Below, in pieces: positions 52,599 through 62,514 of a DNA stretch of 64,000 nt. The stretch covers positions 1,889 through 65,888 of the forward strand of contig JBHEMS010000002.1 in the NCBI GenBank assembly GCA_046262455.1, read 5' to 3'. The translations under genes were made by a program, and so were the position numbers. The notes below the pieces were generated by a model. The model made no database searches. It was given only the letters and a program-made list of their open reading frames with translations, and was not told where the DNA came from. How positions within the stretch are numbered: the stretch's first letter is position 1; each line of letters begins with the position of its first letter. This stretch comes from Candidatus Dormibacteria bacterium. GTDB lineage: Bacteria > Chloroflexota > Dormibacteria > DASZGP01.

Positions 52599-53347
52599 TG
52601 GAACTGACTTTCCTGGGGACCGGCGCGGCTTTTGCCGGCGACGCCAACAACGCGGGTTACATCCTCGATCGCCGGGTGCTAATCGACGCCGGTGCGCCGG
52701 TCCACGTGCTCATCCACCAGACCGGGCACGATATCGGGGCGATCGAGGCGGTGGTCATCACCCACCAGCACGCGGACCACACCTTTGGCCTTCCCTACGT
52801 CATGGCGACGCGGGCCATCGAGGCGCCTTCGGCGCGCCCATTCACCATCGCCGGGCCCCCAGGCTTCGAGGCGTACATCGAGAAGCTGTTCGTGCTGGCC
52901 TGGGGCCAGAAGCTGAAGGCGATGGTCTGGGAGCGCCTGCGCCCGACCTTCGTCGAGCTGACGCCCGGCAGGGACAGCGAGGTGGCGGGCTTCGCCGTCC
53001 ATACCGAACGAATGGTCCACGTTGATGACTTCATCTGCAACGGCTACCACTTTTACCGGGACGGCGTGAGCTTCGCGTTCTCCGGTGACACCACGGACTG
53101 CCCAGGCCTGCGGGCCCTCGTGGAATTGAGCGACTACGTCCTCATGGAGATGACCGCGACCATGGAGGGGGACCCTTCGCACCTGTCGCTGGCCCAGGCG
53201 CGGGCGATCGTTGCGGCGAACCCCGGCAAACGTTTCTTCCTAACGCACCTGAACCGCCGCCAGCTTTACTACGTCGAGCAGGGTGACGTCGAGGGCGCCG
53301 AGCGCGCCGCCGACCTCACGACTGTGGAACTGGCGCCCCGGTCGTAA
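52598..53347 (+). CDS. MBL-fold metallo-hydrolase
   Basis: ITHQHADHTFGLPY (HxHxDH) motif. Its start overlaps the previous stop. Confidence 0.88.
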   Translation: MELTFLGTGAAFAGDANNAGYILDRRVLIDAGAPVHVLIHQTGHDIGAIEAVVITHQHADHTFGLPYVMATRAIEAPSARPFTIAGPPGFEAYIEKLFVLAWGQKLKAMVWERLRPTFVELTPGRDSEVAGFAVHTERMVHVDDFICNGYHFYRDGVSFAFSGDTTDCPGLRALVELSDYVLMEMTATMEGDPSHLSLAQARAIVAANPGKRFFLTHLNRRQLYYVEQGDVEGAERAADLTTVELAPRS

Positions 53348-55649
53348 GCACTCGCACGAGGCGGGCGCGCACGGCGCTCCATGCCTCGGACCTGCCATCG
53401 TCCACTGCCGCTCCCCCCTTCCCGTACAGCTGACGGCTGTACGCACGCCCGAGGGCGATGATGTGCGGCGCCAGTTCCGGCAGGCGCTGGGCCAGCCGAT
53501 CGGCGAACTCCAGGGGCGTGTCACTTCGTCGCCGGCGCACGCCCACGCGGCGGCCCAGCCATCCCAGGCGGCTCCACGCCAGGGCGATGTCGTCGGCGGT
53601 CGCCGGGCCCCGGACGATCCGCGCCAGGACCAGGCCCAGCAGCCCAGCCGCCAGGATTACCAGGATGACACCCGCGAGGGCGGGCACGGGCCAGGTCGCC
53701 GTTTGGCGCGGGACCGGCACCGGGACGGGCGGGGCCGCCACCGGCGGGACCTCCACCGGGGCGGGCGCGGAATTCCCGGACGGAGCGCTGGTGCCGCGGG
53801 TCAGCGCGGGGTACAGGGGGTCGGGGGTCGGCTCGAACGGCACCCACCCGTAGCCCGGGAAGTACACCTCGACCCAGGTATGGGCGTCCGACGCCCGGAT
53901 AGTGCTGATCGTCGCACCGGCGTCCTGGCTGCGCTTGAACTGCCGGTCGATGTCCTGTTTTGGCGTCAGCTGACCCGGCCCGTAGCCGCTGACCAAGCGC
54001 ACCGGGACGCCAAGGCTGCGGACCATCTGCCCCATGGCCGAGGCGAAGTACTCGCAATAACCCGCGTGGGAGGTGAAGAGGAAGTAGTTCACCGGGTCGA
54101 CGCCGCTGGGCGGGGCGCTGACCTTCAGCTGGTAGCGCTCCTGGGTGCGCAGGTAGGTCTCGATGGCCTTGACGCGGTCGTACACGTTCCCAGGCCCGGC
54201 CACCCTGGTGGCCAGGGCGGCGATCTCGGGGGTGATGGGCGTCCCCGCGCGCGAAGGCCCACGAGCCAGGTTGGTGAGCCGCAGCACCCCCAGCGGGTAA
54301 TCCGTGCTCGCCCGCCGCAGCTCGTCCTCGCTGGCGATGGAACTGCTGGCCTCGACCGTGTAACCGTTGCCGGGTCGGATCGCGTCGACCGCGTAGGCGG
54401 CCTCCACCGTGGCGACGCCCCCGACCGGCCCTCGGCGGTCGCCGCGAACCACGGTGGCGAGGTCAGCTTTGACGGGCTCACCCGGCCAGAAGATAGTCTG
54501 CTGGGCCGCGCCCAGCACCCGCACCGTTGCGTGAACCGACTGACGCTGGATGGATGCCCCCTCATCGAGGGGCGTTTGCGGGCGCACGGTCGCCGACACC
54601 CGGCCCGCTTCGCCGCGCGTCCAGGTGCCGTCGCTGACGGCGTAGAGGTTGATGCCGCGCCAGTAGACCGATCGAGTGAAGTCGCTGCTGACTTCCATGA
54701 CCGGGGTTGAGCTCCGCACCAACGTCCCCCCAGGCGCGACGTGGTCGGCGTAGCCGGTGGTCGTGAAGTCCGCCAGCGGAACGTTGCCGCGGCCGGCGGC
54801 GGCCCCGTCGGCTGGGCCCTGGCCCTGGTTGGGGTCACGGCCGTGGAACATCGCAACGCTGAGGTCGACGGTGTTCAGTGGAGGTAGGAAGACCGCCACC
54901 ACGAGCAGCACGATGACCAGCGCGGCGCCACGCGAAGAGATGAAGATCCACACCTGGGCGTCGGCCATGTCGCGCCATCGCTGGCGGATGCGGGCGGCGT
55001 GCATGCGCAGGAGGAGCACGGTAGCCAGCAGGATCCAGAACACCGTGAGCTCGCCGGTCGCTGACTGCCCAGGGTCGTTGAGGATCTCGATCGACAGCGC
55101 CACCGCCAGTGGCGCGAGGGCAATCGTGGGATTGGCGCGCCGGCTCACCCAGTAGGTCGCCCAGGCGACCGTGATCCAGCCCGCCCCGGCCAGGCTCACC
55201 AGCGCGGCCGTGCCCACCGAGGCGCGGATCAACCGCACCCACCGAACGAAGTCCTCGGGCGGTGAGGAGACGTGCCTGGCGGTGAACATAAAGAGGCCGA
55301 CCAGGGCGGCGACCTCGACCGCCAGCCAGTAGGTGGTCCCCCGCGGCGACACCTTGGCAAGCAGCAGGCATACCACGCTCGCGGTCACCGTCATCGGCAC
55401 CAGCACGCTGCCACCGGGCACCCACCCGGACCCCGAGATGAGAAGCGCGGTGATGGCGACGATCCCTATCATGCAGGCATCCGCCAGCACGCCCTCGCGC
55501 AGGTCGACCCGGACGCGGCGTAACTCGCGCTCCCTGTCGCCGATCGCCAGGGTCAACCCCCCGTCCGCGTGCTCGAGGCGCAGGACGCCGGCGAGCGCCA
55601 GCCCGGCGACCGCCAACACGATGACCGCGCCGAGGCCGAAAACGCTCAC
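53316..55649 (-). CDS. Transglutaminase-domain membrane protein (TgpA-like)
   Basis: Multi-TM N-terminus. Transglutaminase core HAGYCEYFASAMGQMVRSLGVPVRLVSGY...DAHTWVEVYFPGYGWVPFEPT. GTG 55649 overlaps the DUF58 stop as GTGA. Confidence 0.9.
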   Translation of the reverse strand: MSVFGLGAVIVLAVAGLALAGVLRLEHADGGLTLAIGDRERELRRVRVDLREGVLADACMIGIVAITALLISGSGWVPGGSVLVPMTVTASVVCLLLAKVSPRGTTYWLAVEVAALVGLFMFTARHVSSPPEDFVRWVRLIRASVGTAALVSLAGAGWITVAWATYWVSRRANPTIALAPLAVALSIEILNDPGQSATGELTVFWILLATVLLLRMHAARIRQRWRDMADAQVWIFISSRGAALVIVLLVVAVFLPPLNTVDLSVAMFHGRDPNQGQGPADGAAAGRGNVPLADFTTTGYADHVAPGGTLVRSSTPVMEVSSDFTRSVYWRGINLYAVSDGTWTRGEAGRVSATVRPQTPLDEGASIQRQSVHATVRVLGAAQQTIFWPGEPVKADLATVVRGDRRGPVGGVATVEAAYAVDAIRPGNGYTVEASSSIASEDELRRASTDYPLGVLRLTNLARGPSRAGTPITPEIAALATRVAGPGNVYDRVKAIETYLRTQERYQLKVSAPPSGVDPVNYFLFTSHAGYCEYFASAMGQMVRSLGVPVRLVSGYGPGQLTPKQDIDRQFKRSQDAGATISTIRASDAHTWVEVYFPGYGWVPFEPTPDPLYPALTRGTSAPSGNSAPAPVEVPPVAAPPVPVPVPRQTATWPVPALAGVILVILAAGLLGLVLARIVRGPATADDIALAWSRLGWLGRRVGVRRRRSDTPLEFADRLAQRLPELAPHIIALGRAYSRQLYGKGGAAVDDGRSEAWSAVRARLVRVLTTGAPVPQS

Positions 55650-56818
55650 GACGCGAACCCTGTAACCGCGGGCTCCCCGGCCAGACCCAGGTCCCACCAG
55701 GTCATCTCCCCCAACATGCGCACGCGCGGGTCGGTGCCGGTGCCGTGCCCCACGTGGAGGATGGTTGTGCGGCGGCCTCGGTCGCCGCTGTGGGCGAGGG
55801 TGTCCACCCAGCGGCCCGGGGCTGACGGCGTGACCACGACAAGGCTCTGCTGCGATGCCCTGCCCGTCGAGCCCGAGAGCACCGACTCGAGTGACGCGGT
55901 GCCGGATGCCCGCGCGACCGCCAGGAACTCGAGGATGCGGCGGAGGTGTGCCGGCCCGCTGCCCGCGGGGAACCTGGTGCCGGCGGCGTCGTTGCAGCGC
56001 ATCGCGATGGACTGTCCTTTCTGCAGCGCTGCCATCGCCACTGACGCGGCCAGGGTGACCGCGTACTCCAGCGTCGATTCGTCGCCCGTGCCCCGGTGGA
56101 CGCCCAGGGCCAGGTCGAGGATGACCAGCGTGTCGGCGCCCTCGTAACGCTCGAAGCTACGGCTCATTGGCCGTCCCAGGCGCGCCGTTGAAGGCCAGTG
56201 GATCCGGTTGAACCCGTCCGATGGATCATGCTCGCGGATGCCAAGGGCATCTGGGGGAGCGTCGGTATATCGCCCGAACACGCGCGCCTCACCACTGCTG
56301 TGCGTCGACCCGGGCAGGTATGCAGTGACATCGACCAGTCGCGGATACACCGTTATCGCAGCCTCCACCGCCGCAGTGTGCGTGCGCTGGAAGAACCCGA
56401 AGGGATCCCCCGTGGTGACCCTGATGGGCCCCAGGGCGAAGCGCCCGCGACGGGTGAATCGACCCTGGCTTGTCCAGCGCCTGGACCCGCGACCGGCGAG
56501 GCTGAACACCCGGCTGGCGTCGTAGCCCGGTATGCCCGACCGATCCTCGACCACCACCCAGGGGATGCCCACCAATGACGCGTTGTGCACGTCGAGCCGC
56601 TCCCGGAACTCCTGCCCCACCTCGTACGCGCCCTCGTGTGCCTCACGGGTGACCGCCAGGCCGCGGCTGGCCAGCCGGGTCCAGGCCCAGCACACGGCCA
56701 GAAGCATCAGGGCGAAGTAGGCCAGCGTGAAGGCCAGGCGGATGGCTGTCAGGTAGGCGAAAAAGAGGAGCACGGCGAGGCCGCCGGTGACCAGGAGTCG
56801 CCGCAGCAAGCGGCTCAT
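55646..56818 (-). CDS. DUF58 protein (second copy)
   Basis: GIREHDPSDGFNRIHWPSTARLGRPMSRSFE signature and two N-terminal TM helices. ATG 56818 lies 13 nt after the moxR stop. Confidence 0.9.
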   Translation of the reverse strand: MSRLLRRLLVTGGLAVLLFFAYLTAIRLAFTLAYFALMLLAVCWAWTRLASRGLAVTREAHEGAYEVGQEFRERLDVHNASLVGIPWVVVEDRSGIPGYDASRVFSLAGRGSRRWTSQGRFTRRGRFALGPIRVTTGDPFGFFQRTHTAAVEAAITVYPRLVDVTAYLPGSTHSSGEARVFGRYTDAPPDALGIREHDPSDGFNRIHWPSTARLGRPMSRSFERYEGADTLVILDLALGVHRGTGDESTLEYAVTLAASVAMAALQKGQSIAMRCNDAAGTRFPAGSGPAHLRRILEFLAVARASGTASLESVLSGSTGRASQQSLVVVTPSAPGRWVDTLAHSGDRGRRTTILHVGHGTGTDPRVRMLGEMTWWDLGLAGEPAVTGFAS

Positions 56819-56831
56819 TCGCCGGGCTCCA

Positions 56832-57869
56832 TTAAGACTTCGGGCGGCGAGCTCCCTGGGGGACGGCCACAGAGTCGATGAGGTCGGCCAGCAGCCGGCC
56901 GCGGTCAGTGCCCCGCATCTCCGCCGAGGGCTTGAATACCAGCCGGTGAGCGAGCACCGGCTCGGCGAGGTTTTTGATGTCATCGGGGAGGACGTAATCG
57001 CGTCCTTCCTCCGCGGCCAGCGACTGCCCCAGGCGCACCAGGGCCAGCGACGCCCGGGGGCTGGCGCCCAGGCTGAGGTCCGGGTGGGTACGGCTGGCAC
57101 CCACCAGGGTGACCACGTACTCCTTGACCTCGCGGCTGACGTACACCGTGGCGATGGCGTCCTGGGCCTCGCGGATGTCGTCCTCGCCCGTCACCGCATC
57201 GAGGTCGTCGAGGGGGCTCTCCCGGTGCTCGAAGCGGCCCAGCATCTCCACCTCGGCCTGGGGGCTGAGGTAACCCAGGCTGACCCGGGCGCTGAAGCGG
57301 TCCAGCTGGGCCTCGGGCAGCGGGAAGGTACCCGAGAACTCCACCGGGTTCTGCGTGGCGAGCACGATGAATGGGCTCGGGACTGGGTGGGTGACGCCAT
57401 CCAGCGTGACCTGGCGCTCCTCCATGCCCTCGAGGAGGGCCGACTGGGTCTTGGGGGTGGCGCGGTTGATCTCGTCGGCCAACAGGACATTGGCGAACAC
57501 CGGCCCCGGCCGGAAGTGAAAACCGCCCGCGGCCGGGTCGAACACGTTCACGCCCAGGACGTCCGAGGGCAGCAGGTCCGGTGTGAACTGAATGCGCTCG
57601 AACCTCCCACCGATGCTGGTGGCGAGCGCCTTGGCCAGGGTAGTCTTGCCCACCCCGGGCACATCCTCGATGAGGGCGTGGCCGCGGGCCATCAGGCACA
57701 GGACCGCGAGCCGCACCTGTTCTCGCTTGCCCACGACGACCAGCTCCACGTTCCGCACAACGGCGTGCATCAGCTTGGCTGCGCGCTCGATGGCCTCGAT
57801 GTCCGGCGTCTCGGGATCCCGGACCAAGTCCGGGCGGGGACTACGCCTTGCCGCCTGCGCTCTTGCCAC
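56832..57869 (-). CDS. MoxR-family AAA+ ATPase (second copy)
   Basis: HALIEDVPGVGKT (Walker A), LLADEINRA (Walker B). GTG 57869 with a GAAGGA RBS. Confidence 0.93.
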   Translation of the reverse strand: MARAQAARRSPRPDLVRDPETPDIEAIERAAKLMHAVVRNVELVVVGKREQVRLAVLCLMARGHALIEDVPGVGKTTLAKALATSIGGRFERIQFTPDLLPSDVLGVNVFDPAAGGFHFRPGPVFANVLLADEINRATPKTQSALLEGMEERQVTLDGVTHPVPSPFIVLATQNPVEFSGTFPLPEAQLDRFSARVSLGYLSPQAEVEMLGRFEHRESPLDDLDAVTGEDDIREAQDAIATVYVSREVKEYVVTLVGASRTHPDLSLGASPRASLALVRLGQSLAAEEGRDYVLPDDIKNLAEPVLAHRLVFKPSAEMRGTDRGRLLADLIDSVAVPQGARRPKS

Positions 57870-58359
57870 TGTTCCTTCGGCGCGGGGCCCGGACCCGCTG
57901 CTCGATCAGCCCTGCGATCAAACCCCCGAGGCTGGCGAAGAAAAGCTGGGGCACGTCGGCGGCGAAAACCCGGTCGACACGCATGGGGCCCAGGCCCAGG
58001 GGGCCGACGATCTTGACCTTGACCAGCTCGCTGTTGAAGGTCAGCACGAACCCGACCATGATGTAGATCACCGCCACAAGTGGCCCGTTGAGAACGCCGT
58101 ACTTGGGTTCGATCATTCCCGCCGCCAGGCCGCCCGAGAACATGGCGACAACGCTGACCGCAAAATAGGCCCCGGAGCTTGCGGCGAGCTGGCCGCCGGG
58201 TGACGGCACCAGCGAGCCCAGGACGAGGTACACGGCCATGGCGACCGCGAAGCCAACTGCAACCGCCACGTAGTTGATGCGCCGGAAGAACGCCGGGTCG
58301 CCTTTGATTTCCACCCGCTTGTCGGTCGTCGGGCGCGGGCGCGGGCCCTGTGCACTCAC
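57841..58359 (-). CDS. Hypothetical multi-pass membrane protein
   Basis: 172-aa ORF with 4 hydrophobic helices and a basic C-terminus. No family recognised. Confidence 0.65.
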   Translation of the reverse strand: MSAQGPRPRPTTDKRVEIKGDPAFFRRINYVAVAVGFAVAMAVYLVLGSLVPSPGGQLAASSGAYFAVSVVAMFSGGLAAGMIEPKYGVLNGPLVAVIYIMVGFVLTFNSELVKVKIVGPLGLGPMRVDRVFAADVPQLFFASLGGLIAGLIEQRVRAPRRRNSGKSAGGKA

Positions 58360-58420
58360 CCCGAAAGAATAGCCCGGGTCATTCCCGGAGGGCCGGAATG
58401 AAGCTGGCTGATGCGGCCGC

Positions 58421-58750
58421 TTACAGACGTTCGAATCTTTCCACGTCGAGGACGAACACGATCGCCCCTCCCACCTCCACCTCCACCGGGTAGGGCACGA
58501 ACATGTCGCCCGGCTCGACCATCGGGGGCACCGGGTTGAGGAGCTCGGTCCGTCCCTCGCAGTGCTCTCGCAGCACCTGGATCACGACCTCCACCTGCTG
58601 TTCGGAGACGCCGCAGAGAAGGGTGGCGTTGCCCTTCTGCAGAAAGCCTCCGCGAGAGTCCAGGCGGGTGGTCGGGATGCCCCGGTCGGCCAGGGCGTCG
58701 ATGCAATCGGCGGCGTCGTCACCATGCATCACCGCAATGACCATCTTCAC
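58421..58750 (-). CDS. darA: PII-like cyclic-di-AMP receptor (DarA/YaaQ)
   Basis: TRLDSRGGFLQKGNATLLCGV and FVPYPVEVEVGGAIVFVLDVERFERL closely parallel B. subtilis DarA. Confidence 0.9.
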   Translation of the reverse strand: MKMVIAVMHGDDAADCIDALADRGIPTTRLDSRGGFLQKGNATLLCGVSEQQVEVVIQVLREHCEGRTELLNPVPPMVEPGDMFVPYPVEVEVGGAIVFVLDVERFERL

Positions 58751-58769
58751 GAGTTGACGTCGGACCTGC

Positions 58770-59414
58770 TCACGGATCCCTCCTCACACCATGCGCGGCG
58801 GCGCGCTCAAGGGTAACCCGCAGCAATTCGACCGCCACCGCATCTGGACCCTGGGTTGCATCCACGACGTAGTACCGGTCGGGGTCGCGGCGAGAGAAGT
58901 CCAGATAGCCCGCGCGCACCCTGGTGTGGAAGCTGAAGTCCTCCTGTTCGATGCGGTCTGGCGCATGTCCCTTCGTCGCCGCCTGCCGGGCCAGGCCCAC
59001 CGCCGGCGGCAGGTCCAGGAGCAGGGTGAGGTCCGGCCGGACCTTGAGCACCATCTGCATCGCCGAGAGGACGGCCATCTCCAGGCCCCGTCCCGCACCC
59101 TGGTATGCAAATGTGGAATCGACGAAACGGTCGGCGACCACGATCGTCCCCCGGGCCATGGCGGGGATGATCACCTCCTTGAGAAGCTGTGCTCGGGCCG
59201 CGGTGTAGAGGTTGGCCTCGGCCCACGCGGCCATGTCGTGGTGTTCAACGGAGAGGAGGACCTGACGCACCGCCTCGCCCAGCATGGTGCCCCCCGGTTC
59301 CCGCACCGGCAGCACCGGAAGACGCTCGGCTCGGAGCCCCTCGACCAGCCGCGCGGCCTGCGTCGATTTGCCGCTACCCTCGACCCCTTCAAGAGTGACC
59401 AGGTATCCCCTCAC
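58770..59414 (-). CDS. tmk: dTMP kinase
   Basis: YLVTLEGVEGSGKSTQ P-loop, VADRFVDSTFAYQG, and a LID region. Confidence 0.95.
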   Translation of the reverse strand: MRGYLVTLEGVEGSGKSTQAARLVEGLRAERLPVLPVREPGGTMLGEAVRQVLLSVEHHDMAAWAEANLYTAARAQLLKEVIIPAMARGTIVVADRFVDSTFAYQGAGRGLEMAVLSAMQMVLKVRPDLTLLLDLPPAVGLARQAATKGHAPDRIEQEDFSFHTRVRAGYLDFSRRDPDRYYVVDATQGPDAVAVELLRVTLERAAAHGVRRDP

Positions 59415-59426
59415 AGGGGGGGCATT

Positions 59427-60866
59427 CTACTGGTCGGGCGACTCCTCGTCGCGCGCATCGTCCTGGATCTCGTAGATCCGACGCAGCACCGTCTCGACCT
59501 GGGCCGCGCTGTTGGTGCGCAGGACCTCGACCGGCGTGCCGTGGGATTCCGCCTGCTGGATGGGGGAGTCGCGGCGGCGATAGTAGTTCTTCAGGGTCAG
59601 GACCAGGTCGGCATCCTCCGGGTGGTGAAGGATGCGCACCGGGATCCCCAGGTCACGGACGGTCTGTTCGACGTGGCTGCGGCTGACCCCATAGGGAAAG
59701 ATGCTGATGGGCTCGTACTTCGCGCGCTGACGCTTGCCGCCGCCAGGGCTCACCACTGACGGCCGTAGCCGGCGCGGCACCGCGGGACCGGCGGCGCCGG
59801 GACGCCGTGGACCGCGGTCGTGGGGAAGGGGGGCGACCTGTGTCACGACCGAGCCATCAGGACGCCGGAGTCGCAGCTGGGGCGCCCTGAACTGACCCCG
59901 CAGGGCCAGGTCCACGACCTCATCCAGTGGGGTATGGACCACCAGCTGATCGCGTTCCTGGATCTCCACCAGCACGTCGAACGTCGGCGGTGCCTTGCGC
60001 TCCTGCACCGACTTCTGGCTGCCGCGGCGGCGCGCCTCCTCGTCTCCCAGGGTGACGGTCTGGATACCACCCAGCAGGTCGTTCAGGGTGGGATTGACGA
60101 GCAGGTTGTCCAGGCTCTGCCCATGCGCCGTGGCTACCAATTGCACACCACGTTCGGCGATCGTTCGTGCCGCAGTGGCCTCCAACTCTGTGCCGATCTC
60201 GTCGATCACGATGACCTCGGGCATGTGGTTCTCGACAGCCTCGATCATGACGGCGTGCTGCAGGTTCGGGGTGCGCACCTGCATCCGCCGCGAGCGGCCG
60301 ATGCCCGGGTGCGGGATGTCCCCGTCGCCCCCGATCTCGTTGCTGGTGTCAACAATCACCACGCGCTTGCGCTTCTCATCCGAGAGCACACGTGCGCATT
60401 CGCGGAGCATTGTTGTCTTGCCCACCCCGGGCCGTCCCAGCAGCAGGATCGAACGTCCACTCACCACCAGGTCCTTGATCAGGTCGACGGTGCCCGTCAC
60501 CGCGCGCCCCACGCGGCAGGTCAGTCCGACAATGTCACCCCCCCGGTTGCGGATGGCCGAGATCCGGTGCAGCGTCTGGCCGATGCCCGCGCGGTTGTCA
60601 TCGCCAAACGAGCCGACCCGCTGGGAGACGTAGTCCAGGTCGGACGAGGTCACGACCTCATCGCTGAGCACGACCTCGCCGTCGGCGAAGCGGGCCTCGG
60701 GCTGGCGCCCGAGGTCGAGGACGACCTCGAGCAGCTCGGACCGCCGGCTCGAGGTGGCGACGCGCGCGGCATCGCGGATATTTGGCGGCAACGCACTGAA
60801 CAGCAGGTCAAGCTCCGCCGCCCAGTCCTGGGCCCGGTCCTCCGCGCGCGGCGGCCGGGGACTCAC
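59427..60866 (-). CDS. AAA-type ATPase (SpoIIIAA/Ycf45-like) with a C-terminal R3H-like nucleic-acid-binding region
   Basis: LLLGRPGVGKTTMLRE, VVIVDTSNEIGGDGDIPHPGIG, VIVIDEIG. Confidence 0.85.
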   Translation of the reverse strand: MSPRPPRAEDRAQDWAAELDLLFSALPPNIRDAARVATSSRRSELLEVVLDLGRQPEARFADGEVVLSDEVVTSSDLDYVSQRVGSFGDDNRAGIGQTLHRISAIRNRGGDIVGLTCRVGRAVTGTVDLIKDLVVSGRSILLLGRPGVGKTTMLRECARVLSDEKRKRVVIVDTSNEIGGDGDIPHPGIGRSRRMQVRTPNLQHAVMIEAVENHMPEVIVIDEIGTELEATAARTIAERGVQLVATAHGQSLDNLLVNPTLNDLLGGIQTVTLGDEEARRRGSQKSVQERKAPPTFDVLVEIQERDQLVVHTPLDEVVDLALRGQFRAPQLRLRRPDGSVVTQVAPLPHDRGPRRPGAAGPAVPRRLRPSVVSPGGGKRQRAKYEPISIFPYGVSRSHVEQTVRDLGIPVRILHHPEDADLVLTLKNYYRRRDSPIQQAESHGTPVEVLRTNSAAQVETVLRRIYEIQDDARDEESPDQ

Positions 60867-61894
60867 CCGAACACCGGCGCGAAGGCTTTTTCCTTCTTGG
60901 GGTTACGAACCGCTGCCGCAACCCGGGAGCGCATCTCGCGCACCAGCAGGTCCTGCCCGGCCAGCGCCTCGAAGCCGGCGTCCTGGAGGGCCCGGGTGGT
61001 CGTGGTGTCGTATGCCCGCACGTTGCTCCAGACGGCGCCGCCGTGTGGCGACAGGGTGCCGAGCGCATCGGAGATCAGCGCTTCCTGGAGATGCTCCTCC
61101 GGCGCCTGGTCCTGGCGCGTGGTGGCGGCGATAGTGTGGGGCCGCCCCGGTGAGCCCAGCTCCACGCCGAGCCATGCGACGACCTCGTTGTTGCGTTCGA
61201 GGACCATGCTGCGGTTGCCGCGACGGCTGAAGCGGTGGAGCCACTCCCCTTCGTGGACCGCCTTCCACTGCTTGAACTCCGGCGCCTCCACCTGCGAGAC
61301 CGACCGGGGCGTCGCCGCCAGGTACAGCGCAAACAGCCCGAGCGCATCCTTGCGCGTGGCGGGCCGCAGGCCGGACATCGGCTCGGGGGGGAGCCCCACC
61401 CGGCTGATGTCGCTGAGGAGGAAGACGCGATCCCGGGCGTAGGGGGTGAACCCGTGCGCCTTGAAGCTCTCCATGACGGCGTGACCCTCCGGGATGCGGA
61501 CGTAGATCCTTGCCACCCCCATGGCCACGGCCTCGCTGCAGAGGTGGTCGATCAGGGCACCGCCGCCCGCCCCCGACAGTTCGGGCGCGAGCGACAGGTT
61601 GAGCACCCGGACGGCGTCGGGGCGCCGTCGGCGGGTCCCCGGGAGCCGGGTGTCGGTTCCGCCCAGGACCTCCGCCTGGATGAACCCGGTGACCCTGCCG
61701 TCGTCGTCCTCGAGGACGTAGAGCATCTCGCTCGGTATCGACAGCGGCAGCAGCGAGCTGAGGGTGCGGGTGACGATCTGCCACAGGCGCACCGGGTGGG
61801 TCGACCCCTCGCCCTGCAGCGACAGCTGCAAGCCCTCGGTGTAGATCTCGTCGATGCGCCCCCAGTCCGTGACCTGGGCGCTGCGGATGTTCAA
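60863..61894 (-). CDS. GNAT-like acetyltransferase (tandem GNAT folds)
   Basis: GGGALIDHLCSEAVAMGVARIYVRI...FKAHGF. 4-nt overlaps at both ends. Confidence 0.7.
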   Translation of the reverse strand: MNIRSAQVTDWGRIDEIYTEGLQLSLQGEGSTHPVRLWQIVTRTLSSLLPLSIPSEMLYVLEDDDGRVTGFIQAEVLGGTDTRLPGTRRRRPDAVRVLNLSLAPELSGAGGGALIDHLCSEAVAMGVARIYVRIPEGHAVMESFKAHGFTPYARDRVFLLSDISRVGLPPEPMSGLRPATRKDALGLFALYLAATPRSVSQVEAPEFKQWKAVHEGEWLHRFSRRGNRSMVLERNNEVVAWLGVELGSPGRPHTIAATTRQDQAPEEHLQEALISDALGTLSPHGGAVWSNVRAYDTTTTRALQDAGFEALAGQDLLVREMRSRVAAAVRNPKKEKAFAPVFG

Positions 61895-62499
61895 GCGCCC
61901 CTCGCCGCCGAGCGCGCCGACGTGGTGACGGTGTCGAGGAAGAGGCCATGCAGTCGATCGTCGCCGCTGAGCTCCGGGTGGAAGGCCAGCCCCAGGACCG
62001 GGCCCTTGCTCACCGCCACGATGCGCCCTTCGTGGGCCGCCAGCACGTCCAGCGAAGGGTCAACGTCCTCGATCACGGGCGCGCGTATGAAGACCGCTTC
62101 GAAAGGCCTGTCCAGGGTGTCCACCTCGATGGCCGCCTCGAAGCTGTCTGGCTGCCGTCCGTAGCCGTTACGGCGCACTGTGATGGGGAGGATGTCAAGG
62201 CACTCCTGGTCGGGTAAACCGTCGACCACCTCACGGGCGAGCAGGATGAGCCCGGCGCACGTTGCCATCGCGGGCATCCCCGCCAAAAGCCGCCGCCGTA
62301 ACGGTTGTTGCAGGTCGAACTGGCGCAGGAGTTTGTCCATCGTCGTGCTCTCGCCGCCAGGCAGGATCATGCCGTCGGCCTCGGCCAGCTCCGCCGCGGA
62401 GCGCACCGGGAAGGCCTCGGCCCCCAGCCGCTGCAACGCCAGGATGTGCTCGCGAAAGGCGCCCTGCAGGGCGAGCACGCCAACCCGCGGTGGGCTCAA
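61891..62499 (-). CDS. pdxT: Pyridoxal 5'-phosphate synthase glutaminase subunit
   Basis: VGVLALQGAFREH, GESTT, TCAGLILL (catalytic Cys), FHPE. Confidence 0.95.
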   Translation of the reverse strand: MSPPRVGVLALQGAFREHILALQRLGAEAFPVRSAAELAEADGMILPGGESTTMDKLLRQFDLQQPLRRRLLAGMPAMATCAGLILLAREVVDGLPDQECLDILPITVRRNGYGRQPDSFEAAIEVDTLDRPFEAVFIRAPVIEDVDPSLDVLAAHEGRIVAVSKGPVLGLAFHPELSGDDRLHGLFLDTVTTSARSAARGA

Positions 62500-62514
62500 T
62501 GTGGGCGCGTCGGG

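Noticed and set aside
60903-61949. 348-aa minus-strand ORF overlapping the GNAT gene in another frame.
   Set aside because: Its composition is Arg/Pro/Gly-rich. The 60863..61894 frame shows GNAT-like motifs and has 4-nt coupled overlaps with both neighbours.
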